Assembly: GCA_000934665.2 (NCBI GenBank)
Contig: JYFJ02001407.1
Span: forward strand, 1 to 64,000
Source of the DNA: Catajapyx aquilonaris
Taxonomy: Eukaryota
DNA length: 64,000 bases
Reading direction: 5' to 3'
The first letter of the stretch is position 1, and every line of letters begins with the position of its first letter. The notes below the pieces were generated by a model, which did not search any database, was not told the origin of the DNA, and saw nothing but the letters and a program-made list of their open reading frames with translations. A program made the translations under genes and the position numbers. This document shows, one piece after another, positions 1 to 15,700 of this stretch.

Positions 1-298
1 ACCGAATTTGAAGAAAATCCGGTGAGGTCGAAATTTGACCTCTGCCCCCCTCAAAATTGGGTCACGAGGTCATTTTGATCAGGTTACTATAGGTGCGTTT
101 TTCATCCCTTGGTGTGGGCTACCAATGCACCGAATTTGAAGAAAATCGGTGAGGTCGAAATTTTATGATTTGACCTCTGCCCCCTCAAAATTGGGTCATG
201 AGGTCATTTTGATCAGGTAACTATAGGTGCGTTTTTCATCCCTTGGTGTGGGCTACCAATGCACCGAATTTGAAGAAAATCCGGTGAGGTCGAAATTT
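1..298. repeat. Tandem repeat of ~130-bp unit (2 full copies plus a partial third, truncated by window start)
   Basis: Unit accgaatttgaagaaaatc(c)ggtgaggtcgaaattt...ggtgtgggctaccaatgc starts at 1, ~129 and ~263, nearly identical. Confidence 0.9.
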
Positions 299-419
299 TT
301 TGCGTTGAAAAATGACCCAAGTTGGCAGGGCAAATCTTCGGACATCATATGATGTCCGTAGGCCCTCCAGCAATGCAAGCTCGGAAATCATATGATGGCC
401 GTAGGCAGCAAAGGGTTAA
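1..419. mobile_element. Right end of a piggyBac-like non-autonomous element carrying the tandem repeats
   Basis: Ends ...gcagcaaaggg|ttaa (CCCT terminus plus TTAA); subterminal perfect palindrome cggacatcatatgatgtccg at ~339-358 with a degenerate second copy at ~382-401. Left end not in window. Confidence 0.5.
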
Positions 420-1770
420 CAAGGACTTTTTTATTTTGGCAAGGGCGCAGATAAGGGTTTCTGCGAGTATGTACAAGAACCTACCAACACAAGGGTGTGG
501 TTGCCAGCTGTTTTATTGTGATGTCTCTAACTCTCTACAGTAGCCTACACTAGCAGGATACACGTTCTTCGCAAAAGGCACTGATGAATGAATTATAATT
601 GAATGAATGGGAGAAGTTTGTAAAACCTGCATATTCAGCAGTGAACTATAAGGCAGAGGGTCTGAAAATGCCCTGCGCTCAGTGGCTTCGAACATGTGTC
701 CCATGAGCAAGACTTGCTTTTTGGATAAATGGGCCTTCTTACACTGTTATTAACAATCACTTTTCCACCGACAAAATTAATGAAGTGCCTCTGTTGCAGT
801 GACATGATGCAGTAGTTTGGCGTTGATTCTAAGTGTTGTTACTTGGGGGCAGCAGAAGAATTTCCCCAAAGCTTAAGGAATATTTTTTCTTCAAAGTGAT
901 ATCCCAGGATACATGTCCAAAATAATTTACCCCATTGTGTAATGTTGTGCCTTTATAGGTGTAACATTTCGTTATTTTTCCGACCATTTTCTCTCCGATT
1001 ATTATTAATTGGTATATTATTGAGCTTTGAGCACACTGTCATTTGTTGGCCTTTGACATATTATCATTTTTTTCTCTTCGTACAGTAATTGCGGCATTGT
1101 GTAATCTCACTCCCTGACAATATTACCTTGCTACCTTTAATGCCATCAGTCAGTTGGTCAGGTTGATTGGTGGGTTGGTTGGTTGATTAGGGGAGCCAAA
1201 GCACCTAAGGCAGTGCTTCCCAATATTTTTCGTTGGCGACCCCAAAAAACCGTCTCGTAAAATTTGCGACCCCCTATATGTGCACATTTTATTCCTCCAA
1301 CATGAAAATACAGGTAAACAGTGAAATTAAAAATCATTGATAACTATTGTCGAGTATCTGACTAACTTGTTCTGTAACTTACCTTATGGGCATAATTTTC
1401 AAGAGAGATGCAATCATTTTGTGAAAATAATTTGTTATCCTCCCTCGCGACCCTAAATATACTGTATTATAGTTAGTGAACAATATGCGGCTCAAAAATT
1501 GGCCATCGTCTACTATTGCCTGAAAACTTAAATATAACATTCTTGAAGGTTCCTAGTGCAAAAAATTCAAAAATGACAAGTGATTGGTGAGAATAATAAT
1601 GGTGGTTTCTGGTATGGAAAGAAATGTAATATATGCATTACAGTTACATGATATTTTATTTCCAATTTATCACTAGGTTTTACAAATAAATGCAGATGCA
1701 GATATTTAAACATTTTCATCGTCCCTGCCTGAACAATGATGGCAAAAACAATTTTGCAAAAAGAGGAGAG

Positions 1771-1777
1771 AAAAAAA
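1771..1777 (-). terminator. RNA polymerase III oligo-T terminator of the tRNA gene
   Basis: T7 run on the minus strand 6 nt after the tRNA discriminator base. Confidence 0.75.
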
Positions 1778-1783
1778 GCGAAG

Positions 1784-1856
1784 TATCCCATGCGGGATTC
1801 GAACCCGCGACCTTTGGATTAGAAGTCCAACGCGCTTTCCACTGCGCCAATGGGAC
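1784..1856 (-). tRNA. TRNAR-UCU: tRNA-Arg (anticodon TCT), intronless, 73 nt
   Basis: Reverse complement GTCCCATTGGCGCAGTGGAAAGCGCGTTGGACTTCTAATCCAAAGGTCGCGGGTTCGAATCCCGCATGGGATA folds into a full cloverleaf: acceptor GTCCCAT/ATGGGAT, anticodon stem TTGGA/TCCAA with loop CT-TCT-AA, T arm GCGGG-TTCGAAT-CCCGC. Confidence 0.96.
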
Positions 1857-1914
1857 ATGCTTCGATAGTACATATGTAATAATGGGCCATCAGATTTCTA
1901 TTGTCATGCCTTGC

Positions 1915-4561
<2,647 letters not shown>

Positions 4562-4575
4562 GTCCAAGCGTCGTC

Positions 4576-4715
4576 GACCGAATCGTCCAGGGATTGTCCT
4601 GTCAGCTTACCTTTATAGCAGTAGTAACCCAATTGAGCAAGACTATTATAGCTCAGTGCTTGGAAGTCGCAATTTTGCAACTCCTCCCCTTATCGCAAGG
4701 TTTTCCTTATCGATG
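4576..4715 (-). promoter_or_regulatory. Putative trypsin core promoter: TATA box plus two GATA motifs
   Basis: Minus strand TATAAAG at 4617-4611, 56 nt upstream of the ATG, preceded by two CGATAAGG motifs (~4688-4712); TATA+GATA is typical of gut digestive-enzyme promoters (inference). Confidence 0.45.
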
Positions 4716-5780
4716 GCGGTTCTTTGAACAGGATGTTTCTTCGGCAGTACAATGATGATTTGGTCCGTGGGAATCTTGCTGTAAAATAAAGCCATCATAT
4801 GCTCGTAAACTTGCGGAGCTTTGAATTGCCGTTCTCAATAAAGTTTATAAGTCCATAGGTGTGGCAGGAGGGTCTGCTCCCGTCACTTTCTTGTGACATG
4901 CATGGCGTCAGAGGTGCTTGCGAAAATCGGCAGTAAAAGAATACTTGCGTGTTACATTTTATATGGGGGGGTCAAGTTTTCATAAATCAAGCGCAAAATC
5001 CGAAAATGTTGAAACTGGGGTTAACCAGCGGTGAATTCGTGTTACTTGTTGGGTAATCCGGGGCAATTTTAGCCATTTCAGGACTCGGTGCTAATTTTGA
5101 CAACTTTCACCCAATACTCGTGGTTTGCAGGTTATGCAATGTCAAAATTTGGCCTAAGCAATCGGTGATGAACATCGGACTAATTTATTGAAGGAGCCTG
5201 CAAGTTCTAATAGCACCTATATGTGCCATTAGAACTTGCCGGCCCACTGATATATCAGTGGGCCTATCTGACTGCATGTTAAATTACATTTCTGCAGTTG
5301 AACTGGTATTGTGACAACAGTTGTCAGGAGGTACCCTCAGCGGAAGGGTAGTTGGGAAATCCTCTAGTTTCGGTCAGAAAATGTGTGTACAGTATAGCCC
5401 TACACCGGTACATGTGGACGCTCTGCTTTCAAGGACGTGATCAGTTTGATGTAAGTTATTGCATTTTGGAAACGTACAAGTGACTTAGTATTTTTCACAT
5501 ACAAACCTTTTAAAAAATTTGACGGGTGCTGAAGTCTTTTTGTGTTTGACGTACATCTGATCTGTATAGTATTTTTTGGGTAATCGCACGGATGTTGAAA
5601 AATATAATCAGCATATTTGCTGCGTAAAGTGTGATAAAGCGAGCCTACGGAAAACTGATAGTGCGTGATAATGTGTAGAAGCCATTTCAAGTTGAAGGTT
5701 ATGAAAGTGTTCAACTTTTTGAAACCATACGCATCTTGAATACAGTACAACGTCGATATATGAGAATTTAATTATACATA

Positions 5781-6091
5781 CAGGAAGTCTCCGGTCTACG
5801 AACGGGGGAGTTACGTTCCTGAAAATGACCATAAGTCGGATTTGTACGTAACTCGAATATATCCCTGAGGAACAGCGCGTATATGCGGCTTAAAGATACT
5901 GCTTCAACTAACTGCTTGCGTCATGTGTGTTAATTGTTTACAGGCAATTATACAGTATTTATGATCAACTTGTGGTCTCGGTGTGGAGGAATAATATTAG
6001 GCTATAAACCATCCTTATGGAGAGCTTTGGGAGCCCGTTCGTAAGTACGGATCGCCGTAGGTCGGGTCGTTCGTAAACCGGGGACTTCCTG
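5781..6091. mobile_element. pogo/Tigger-like MITE
   Basis: ta|caggaagtctccggtctacgaacg ... cgttcgtaaaccggggacttcctg|ta; ~24-bp TIR with repeated subterminal ttcgtaa motifs. Confidence 0.85.
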
Positions 6092-8024
6092 TATTAATGC
6101 ACTTCATGTCTTTAAAGCATTAGAATTTTTCCTGAAATACCATTTCACTACATGAATGCCGATTCATAATATTATACCAAGTAGTTTTGTGCACAAACGC
6201 CCTCTATATAACGGCACTATTAGAAATTGAGTAGTTTCATTTTATTTACTAATAAGTATATAATATTTTCCGTTAAAAATATACGCCAATCATTTATGCA
6301 GTAATATTAACAATTTTACATGACGGTCCCACATCATGGACCTAGCGTGCTAGCACAGTAAGTTGTTTAAAAGAAATGTCTGAGATTTCGACAAATGTGC
6401 CATATGTTTTAGTAAAATATCGATGGCGCATAAGCAAATGCCATTAGGTTTAAGTCGTAATCTACTGGATAAATACTGTAGGTCTGTAGTCAACAATACG
6501 ATAGTTGCCTGATTCTTTGTAACCTTAAGGTACCCACAGTGGGATTGGCTCATCTGCTTGGTAGGAAGGAGGAAAGTTGGCATCTTTTATTCTCCTGGAA
6601 TTTTGGGTTGATTAATATTTTTTCACTTCGGGCTGTTTCGCCTGTTATCCTATAAGAGGCAATGACGTCAAAAAATCGTCTTTGACGTGAAGTCTTGCGC
6701 ATGATTGTTACGTTTGTTACCTAAACTGATGGCATATTGGCAATCAATAATTTCTTATGATTTTTAGGATCAAACTGGTATCATCTTGTCACTATTCCAT
6801 AATTTTTATTACACTGTATTTATATCATTTCTGCAGCATGCAAATCATTGTTATGTATAACGGTAATGGAAAGCTCTCCAGTGATTCGCGAATCTGACAG
6901 TTATCATGACTGCTAATTTGACACCTTATGTTACAAAGAATTTTTGATACACTAATGCACGAGCCTGTTTTTAATATTATTAATTTTTAAAATTGATAAT
7001 GTGGTGTTGTACCAGTGTGCTTCAACTTATTAAAAAATAATTTGTCCTCTTGCGGGTTAAGGTAGCATTCTTAATTTTAATGTAAAAATGTTCTATTGTG
7101 AGATGATGTTTCGCATCTAGTCAAATAAGGATATGTTGCCTATGCATTGTACTGAAAAGGATTAAAAGAGGAGCGGAATGTGCGCTTGGAAGGTCAGATG
7201 TGTTTTTCTTTAGGAAGTAGCAGGAGATACATAATTATAGTCTGACCTGTAACAAGTTTCGGCGATGCCGGCTTATTATGGAGATTATTTTTTGGTTATT
7301 TTTTGGGCCGTCATCCAGTGAAGAGGGAATTTTGGGTTCATTAGAAAATATATCAGCCACAGAGTTGGGGTGGCATAAGCAGCAGGCTGTTTCCTATTAT
7401 TCACGTGGTTGACCAAGAGAAAATTAGCATGTTATTAACTCCCTAGTAGAACGCATACCGTATTTTATAAATGAACTAGAGGAATTTTATCTCAAATTTG
7501 CCAGGAATTTGTGCCCTATAGTACGGCCGCACCTTTTGGACCACCCTGTGCACGCTAAGAGCGTTTGATTTGCATTGCCTTTCCTTACCTAGAGCAACTG
7601 AATCCAGTGGGACTCTAATAATAATTACTCACTCACTACTAATTGTGATTCACTGCCTATTTTAAATTACTGCACGAATGTCAATCATCATGAAATCAAT
7701 CAGTAAAAATAAATTCTACCAGAGGGCATTGAAATTGATGCAAATTTTTGTTTATATGTATAGCATGATAGTCTTACCAAAAAGTACAATGAGTGAACAA
7801 ATTTTATTTACATTGAACCATGCATTGAACCATCAGCGCATGGTTGGTCCTATATAGCAGTTTGAAGGACTTTCCAACGTGTAGTGTACACAGGTATTGT
7901 ATGGGCACAAAGCATATAAATAAAGAAAGTTATGAACCATAGTGTTGCATCGATTTTAAAATTTAAACATTTTAACAAACAAAATTTAAATTTCACATTT
8001 TACCGTGGTGTACGCTTCTACCAG

Positions 8025-9170
8025 TATTTCTGAGTACAATGACACCAAATTCACTTCTGTATCTTGATTAGTTCCAGAGAAAAAGCCAAGAAGAAGAGTC
8101 TGTAACGAAATTATCACTCCACCAAAAATCGGCGAAAATCAATATTTTTCAAAACGCTTTGGTATGATACAACGTTTTAGCATCGCTGTGTCATTCAAAA
8201 CCCAGAAAATCATAAAAATCCGCCACATGAAGGGTCCAAACGGGGCCGAACTGACAAATCAATTTGGGTTTATTGTGGGGTGGGAGGCATGGGTTTTCTT
8301 GGGGAGGGGGGTGTGGGCTACCAAAGGAGTCTTACATGTGTCGCACTCTCACCAGTGATCATCCCAACTTGAATATCAACATTTGCACTGAGCAAGGTGG
8401 GGCGATTTGCATGTTTGGTGTACCCATCATAATGACGACATATATGGAGGGGGTCTCACTTAAGAGGCCCAATCTTCCGTAGTATTATACTAGCCAACAG
8501 AACTGATATGGCCACATGTAGTTCACAAATCGCATCCCGGCAATATTAAACAGGGGCACAAGTCCAACAATGACAATTTTGACTTATTACTAGAGCAGGG
8601 TCCATGACCGTGTGCACATTCAGAATGCATATTCTGATTTAAAAAAATTAATAATTAATAATTCTGATTATTCGAATGCTGCATCAATACCTGATTTATG
8701 ATAACACTATACCAACACTATACAACTTTCAAAGTGCTCTCCTGTGAAATTGACTTTTTGGACTTGTGCCCCTGTTATTGCCGGGGTGCGACATGTAGGG
8801 CTACAACATACGTGAAAACCAGCGAAAAAAATAGTATAATAATTTTAAAAATTAAATGCTTAAAATTTGCAATGTCAATCTTTTTAACGCAAAAATGTAA
8901 AATTTTAAAATTATCCATAGAATACGATTATATCAACCTTTCTGAGTAAATTGATATCAAAATCACATCTGTCTCACGATTAGTTGCGGAAAAACAGCCA
9001 AAAGAAAAATGGCTCTCAAAGAAAAGGCTCAAAATTACCACCCCCCAAAAAACGGGTAAAAATCAAAATATTTCAAAACGCTTTGGTACAATGTTTTACA
9101 GCGCTATGTCACCATAACCTGTGAATATCATTCAAATCCGCCACATCAAGGGTACAAAGGGGGTCCCGCT
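8025..9170. repeat. Diverged ~220-bp direct repeats (8025-8250, 8938-9170) enclosing an inverted repeat (~8515-8810); probable old transposon remains
   Basis: Shared blocks ttctgagta..., ttcaaaacgctttggta, aaatccgccacat(g/c)aagggt; inner pair aacaggggcacaagtccaa / ttggacttgtgcccctgtt. Confidence 0.65.
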
Positions 9171-9679
9171 GACATGGAATGACCCCATTAAATATTTGGA
9201 AAGGTTTCGTTCCCGCAAGACTCTTGGGGTTACTAAAGAAAAGCATGGCTCCAATGATGAGGGGCTATTAATTTCATTGCAGCATTATTTTAGTACTGTA
9301 CCAGAAGCATTCCAAAAAATTTGGCAAGGATCAAAATTACGTAAATCTACCTTGGTTATTGCGGCATTCTGGCCACCCCTGGGTTATACGGCATGCTGGT
9401 CAAACTCGTTTTATACCAGCATGCCGCTTCATGAGAGGTACGTAATACAGTAGATATTATAGTTATAGGCCCTAACATTATTATACGTAATAATATACTA
9501 CCTTTTAAAATGCAGTACAATCTATGTGAAGGTAACAGGTTGTGCTTGGAATATATTATTACTGGCCCCCTTTTGTTTTACATAAGTCTATTTATTTGTA
9601 CTTATTGTTGGTATACATGAACTAATCGCACTTGGCAACATAGATCGGGGGCAAGTGCAATAAGGGCTCATTCTCCTAG

Positions 9680-10740
9680 ATGTTGATCAGCTTGACTCCG
9701 CAGCTGGATATAAATCTGGTCTTTTATCCAGCCTCTTTTGAACATCGTGTAGTTTTTGCTGCCGCTGTGGTAACTACACAAAAATTGTCAATTAAATCAT
9801 ATTCCAAGCTTGCTCTCAAATATACTTACACAAGGCAAGCGAGGTCCCCCATTCCGTCTATGTAGTGAAACAACTCCTCAACATCATAACTGATTGTCAG
9901 CTGATTCGGGCACCGCTGCCTCAAAACGTCCTCATATATTTTACAAATGCCTTCAAATGCAAACACTTAAATATTGGTCTAGACTCTAGAGTGATTACCA
10001 AATGTACTAGGCCTACTTACCGTCAATGCAATCAGACACACTCCGGTAATTATAGTATGTCTTGGGCGAGTTCGAATCAGCGTGGGCCTGGACAAGGAGT
10101 ATGGTGTGACTCTGTAATGAGAATTTTATGTAATTTTGGCTCTGTGTAACTTTATGCAATTGCGCTCACCGGCGCTCGCGGTGAAGGAACAAGATATTAC
10201 TGATAATTTCTGATAATCACTCACCATAGTCACTACCGGCGTAAGGGCTTCGATCCTGCAAGTTTCGAACAGAATAGAAAATCAAAATCGAACAGAATAT
10301 ATCAAAATCGAACCAAATAGAAGAGAATAGACAATAGAACCTTCGAGTCTTGCGCTGCTGATATTCGAACGACCATAGACCTCAATAGACTAAGCTTTTG
10401 ACTGTCGCACTCTCTAAACGGTAAGTGCTGCCATCTAAATTCGGATAATGAGAAGGAAAATGAAGGCGCGATGATTTGAATTCATCTGGAACAAATAAAA
10501 TGGCCAATACTGCCACAATAATGGACAATACAAAGTAAAATGGACGCTTTATTGAAACACATGGCAGAAACTGCAACATCTAAAACACAAATGTGCTTTG
10601 CGCAGTGGCGATATCGTAATGCGCGAACATCAGGAACGATAAATGACAGGGTGGCCCACAAAGTCTGGACAGGAGTTTATTACATTGTTGTCGTATATAT
10701 AGTACAATGACGTAGTTGACTAGGAAGCTTCAATATGTGA
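9680..10740 (+). repeat. Dispersed repeat, copy A (unclassified transposon-like); inverted copy B at 50845-53310
   Basis: Blocks such as aaaattgtcaattaaatcata, ggtgaaggaacaagatattactgataatttctgataa and tgcgcagtggcgatatcgtaatg recur as reverse complements at ~53170-53190, ~52770-52810 and ~50975-51000. Confidence 0.85.
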
Positions 10741-10986
10741 AGATTTTTTTTGCAGGGGTATGTGACCATCTCACTTGCCATAGGAACAAGCGAGAAAATA
10801 ATAATAATTGCCTGTTATAAGGCAATAGCCCAAAATACGAAATAAAGTGCCTGTCTAAAGTCGATTAGCTCAACCCAAATGTGCTAATAGAAAACCAATC
10901 AACTTGAAGGACTGATTTGATGTCAAGGTGGCAAGCATTACTTTTTCAAGAGTGTCAGCTCACCTGCAGCACAGATACTCATAGTG

Positions 10987-11189
10987 CAGTGGTTTCCAAC
11001 CTTTTACCAGCTGCGACCTCCTAAACATGTTTCCATAAATGTGCGACCCCCCCCCCCCCATGGCCCNCCCCTTTCCAGGAAACATACCCTCTGTAGTCTG
11101 TATGGCAGCAAAAATGGTTCAATCGAGGCTAGAGACCCCAGCGACACTACCCGCGACCCCCCGCCAGCACGGTTGCATGGAAACCACTG
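10987..11189. mobile_element. hAT-like MITE (a related fragment lies at ~1210-1455)
   Basis: cagtggtttcca ... tggaaaccactg termini, internal gcgaccc repeats, near-matching 8-bp flanks tcatagtg / ctctagtg. Confidence 0.7.
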
Positions 11190-11944
11190 CTCTAGTGAAT
11201 CACCAATATATTGTAGTGTCAGATGTTGCCAAAGAGTCTAGATTTAGAGTAAGTGGCTAGAAATTTTGTAAGTTTCGAAGGGTTAAGCACTCTCCCAATC
11301 AGGTTTACACTTGCTACACAATCTCGTCCCCTTCACACCCAATCCTTCCCAATCATCGGCAATCTCAATCAGGTCTACACTTATCAGTCCAGTGCCTAAC
11401 CCTGCATCAGTAAGTTTAATTTGGATGCCCTGCTGTGAGGTTATCTTGACATGAGCTTACAATCATTCTATCTGCTTACTGATGTAGATTTACTTTAAAA
11501 TGTTTTGGAGATAGTATCAGCTGAAGATGGATGTGTCATTCGTAAACGTTAAGCTAAGTCGTAAATAGCATTTAGGCAGTGTATTTTCCTGCATCCATGG
11601 CATTAGGAGGTTCTGATTCATTTCGGAATATGCCTTACTAGATAAGTGATGGTTGTTTCATTCTGACTCACTGTCAGACTCCATGGTTAATGCTACCTGC
11701 TAAGCCACATCCCTCTTGTGACTTAATTTCCTTCCAATGCAATGGAGTGATGTGATGCAATGACATCTATAGTACCAGCAGCAATAAAACTTAAATAGAA
11801 TATCACATGACATTCAGAAATAAAAACAGGTTCATATTCTTGTAATGCAATTACCTTATTAGGTACATAATTTAGAATGACTTTGTAGAGCTCAAGATCA
11901 GTACATCAGGTAGGAAGGACATAAACATTATTGGTATAAAACAA

Positions 11945-11950
11945 TTTATT
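11945..11950 (-). other. Candidate polyadenylation signal of the ZP gene
   Basis: AATAAA on the minus strand ~780 nt after the stop codon. Confidence 0.35.
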
Positions 11951-12727
11951 ATTAACATTACGTATCACATCTCTTGCATAAGTCGTGATGACCTGCTAAG
12001 AATGTCCACAGGACTAGTAATGTTAACAAATGACATTTAGAGTGTTCTATGAATTATCCAAACAATACAAACATGTCAGGTTTCAAATTTGGATGATGAT
12101 TTATTGCAGCAAGGGAGCGAAGAATTGAAATATATCCGCCACATAGGACTACTTGCAAATGGTGTCAAGCAATTTTTAAGATTTTAAAGATTCTGAGAGA
12201 CTTTGAACTAATCAACTCAGTAACAAGAAGATCATGAAACTTATACATAAAAATGTAGAATCAAACATAAGTTAAGAATAACTTGGAAAGAAATTTATCG
12301 CCTGAAATAAATTAAGTGTTTATGGATTGACTGGGCACTGCAAAGAGTGGTCCTGACCCAGAATTGTTTCCCACCTGCTACTTCCAAGTGAACAGGTTTC
12401 TGGTCTAGGTTCTTTCACTGGCTAAATGATTACATTTGAACTTATCCCACTCTCCACATGCAAAACCTAATTCATAAAGTTAGTGAGGCTCTGTTTCTGT
12501 CAATTAGGAGTTACATAGTAGAGAGCAAACATTAGTAGGTCCCATGTGATGTGCGAATCTCCACCATCAAAATTGGTATGCAATATGCACTCACTCTGGA
12601 TCCCAGCCACAAGCGTTAGATCACCTTTGTTCCACACCAATTAGGTTTTAAAGTTAATGCAAACCGTTTTGGCCAGCTCAATAAGTCTAGTTAATTGTCC
12701 CAAATGTAACCTAGAAAGGTCAGAGTG

Positions 12728-15700
12728 TTACTGTATGACAAAGAGTAGGGCAATAGAGAGAATTAAAGTGGTTCCTCTGATGATTACATCAGTGGCAGTG
12801 TTTGCTTCTTCCACAATAGTGAATTGCACCTCCTCTTGCACCTGTTTAGCTTCAATGACTTGATTGGGCACTATTTCATTCTCTTGAGGTATGCGTAGAG
12901 AGTGATTGGAGTGGATATTATTCAGTGTGCCTGTAACATTAAAAGAGCGATAAGAGGTGACTGAGTACCTTGACTTGAGAGATGGTCTCACCCTTATCAA
13001 AAAGCTCCTCATCCTTGTACGCCACCTTGATGCGGGCTGACATTGTGACCTCAAATACCTTGTTGGCATCATGAGGTATTCCATTGACTGCACGTCGCCT
13101 GCGTCCAAATCCTATTTGACCATTACTGCATTCAATCTGAAAATGTCACCATGTTAGTTACCACATGACTGAAGCTAAATTCTACTTCATGGGTACTAAA
13201 ATCCGAAAGAAGTTTGCCTGCATATATCATTCTCTACGATGGTCAAAATATCATATATCATAAAATATCATTTACAATTTCACATTTCTACAAGTGGATG
13301 TGGAAGAATTGGAGTTATTCATAAATAAAATATAATGTAATACCGGTATTCTGATTATGTAACCCAGCTGACTTGAAACCATGCCCAATATTCAATGTAA
13401 AGCTCTTTGGTTGCAAACATGAGTGTATTAGTCAGGCACTTCTGAGTTCAATGAAATGGATTCAAAATATGTGACGCAGCATACTGGTACAATGACACTA
13501 ACCCTGTTGTCATATTGTGAATTAAGCATAAGTAATTATTATTAGCAAAAAGATTTACGGGCAGTATTTAGGCTAAGTAGGCCTAATTCATCTAACAATA
13601 TTAATACTTCCTCTGCAAAACTTACAGTGCATAACTATATATTTTTGCGTGTTATAATTTCCTTCAATCTGGATTGATCAGCTGCAATAGTGTCTAAAGT
13701 CAATGACAATATATTAATGTTAAATGTCAAAATAATAGGGTCTATGGTTAACCCCTTCGCTACCAGCTATATCCACATCGCCTCTAGATTTTCACTTACA
13801 AGTACTCTGAAGAATGATAAGACACAATATTTTACAAATAAAACCAGCTATACTTATCGTTCATTCTTTACATTCTACACTATGAAGGTGTTGGAAACCA
13901 TTTTCCTCGTCAATTAATAGACGTTCCTAAATTAATTTTCAAAAAGATAACTGTAAAAACTTGAAATTCAAGGACTACCGGTCAACTGTTAGAATGAGTT
14001 AATTATGAAATACGTTAAATTATAATGAATATCTGCCTTGAGAACCGTACAAGTCGTTTTTCGCGAGAATTTAATCAATTTGGGAATTTTCCGAAATGAG
14101 AGGCAAGCCGCAGATAAGAATTAATTCTCACAAAGTACGGGCGATATCAGCAAATTCGTCTGGCAGTTCTCAAGGCAGATATTCAGAATATTTTATAATT
14201 TCATAATTTCATATTTCATAATTAATCAGCCTAACAGTTGGCCGGTATACTTGAATTTCGAGTTTTTACGGGCATTATTTGGAAATTAATTTAGGGGCTT
14301 CTATGGGAGGGAAATCCGTATGTTTCCAACACATTCTAGTGTAGAGTATGGACTTGTAAGTATACTCTGTTATTATCTGTAAAATATATTACACTTATCT
14401 TAAGCGAAAATCTAGGCGATGAGATGGTGGTACAATGCTGGTCACATTAGCAGTCCCGGAATGTTTTTTTTTTTCGTCGGCGACGGCGCGCGGCGCGCGT
14501 TACCTGGTAACCCCGGCCGACGGGCCAATTCAAACATCAACATAATTATGCAGAGTGCTTACTGTTCTTTCCATTGTTGCCACTGTTTACAAAGAGCGAG
14601 TGAAGTGGCGGACGACCCAACGACGGGTCTCTGCCTGCTGACACAGTATCAGGGATACGCAGGAAAAAACGGGAAAATAATGATGATTGTTAGAAGCAAG
14701 CCAAGGTAAAATGTTCCCTGGACTTAAAGAAAGGTTTTCGTCCACAGCACACGAAATTCCATCCGGCATAGGAGAGGGGTGGACTGGACACTCCTTAATT
14801 AAAATCAGCGGTGCGCTAATTGCAAGAGCGTCAACTGACGGATTCAGGGACCATTTTCCCTGGCTTGCTTCTAACAATCATCATTATTTTCCGTTTTTTA
14901 CTGCGTATCCCTGCCACTCTACCAGCAGGCAGATGGAGAGACCCGTCGTTGGGTCGTCCGCGTCACTCACTCGATTTGTAAACATGTGGCAACAATGGAA
15001 AGAACACAAAGCACTCTCCATAATATGCTGATGCCAGGTAACGCGCGCCGTCGCCGAAGAAAAAAAATTCAGGGACTGCTAATGTGATTAGCACTGTACA
15101 GCTGGTAGCTAAGGTGTTAATAAATTTCAATACTAAATATCGACAGTATTCTATGTGAATCACCCTTATTGGTTATCGATGTTTTGGTTCTAAGCTGCTT
15201 ATTTTAAAGCAGTTACTTGAAGTCTTCTATGGGACAGAAATTGTTTTAATTAAATTATGTTTCAACAAGTTTTGGTTATAAAATGTTTACTCTTTTAGCA
15301 CTGTTACCTTTAGGGATTATTAGTGTATTATTTACTTCCATTATCCTGGACGTACTGTTTGTAACCCCTGCAAAGGAGGCAGTGTCTGGCATTTTATTAA
15401 TTCAACCCATCAAGACTTCAGATATGATAATGTTTACAACGTCCAAGTGTGTTAATAACCAATTGTGAGAGTTATAATATCAATTTCCAACCGGGATGCT
15501 TCCTTTCAACATACCGTAGAGCGGTAGAGGCTATACTACGACTCACGAGCCTATATGAACCGACACATCCCCCTACAGGCGCTTTTATTCTCTATTGAGG
15601 AGAGGAAGAGATCGTCTAGGTGGCTGTTAGGTAGGGCTATTCAAAATGAATCACCTGGTTTCGTGATTTTTTATTGCCAGTGCCTTTAAAAATACGCCAA

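Noticed and set aside
1..298. CRISPR-like reading of the ~130-bp repeats and of the 16-bp repeat at 22183-22248
   Set aside because: Head-to-tail tandem copies without unique spacers, in a eukaryotic context with no cas genes.
4611..4779. Exon-like segment upstream of trypsin (ttttacag|...aag|gtaag) reading KIPTDQIIIVLPKK...
   Set aside because: No recognisable domain or partner exons, and it overlaps the likely TATA/GATA promoter; cannot be supported as coding.
11518..11556. Hammerhead-ribozyme-like motif CTGAAGA-tggatgtgtcattc-GTAAACGTT (Penelope style)
   Set aside because: The GAAA core is interrupted (GTAAA) and no convincing stem I forms; at most a dead relic.
14587..15031. Mirror-image ORF pairs (MLEASQGK..., and MT(C/W)PPKPSKM... 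at 42783-43294)
   Set aside because: By-products of palindromic MITE arms, not genes.
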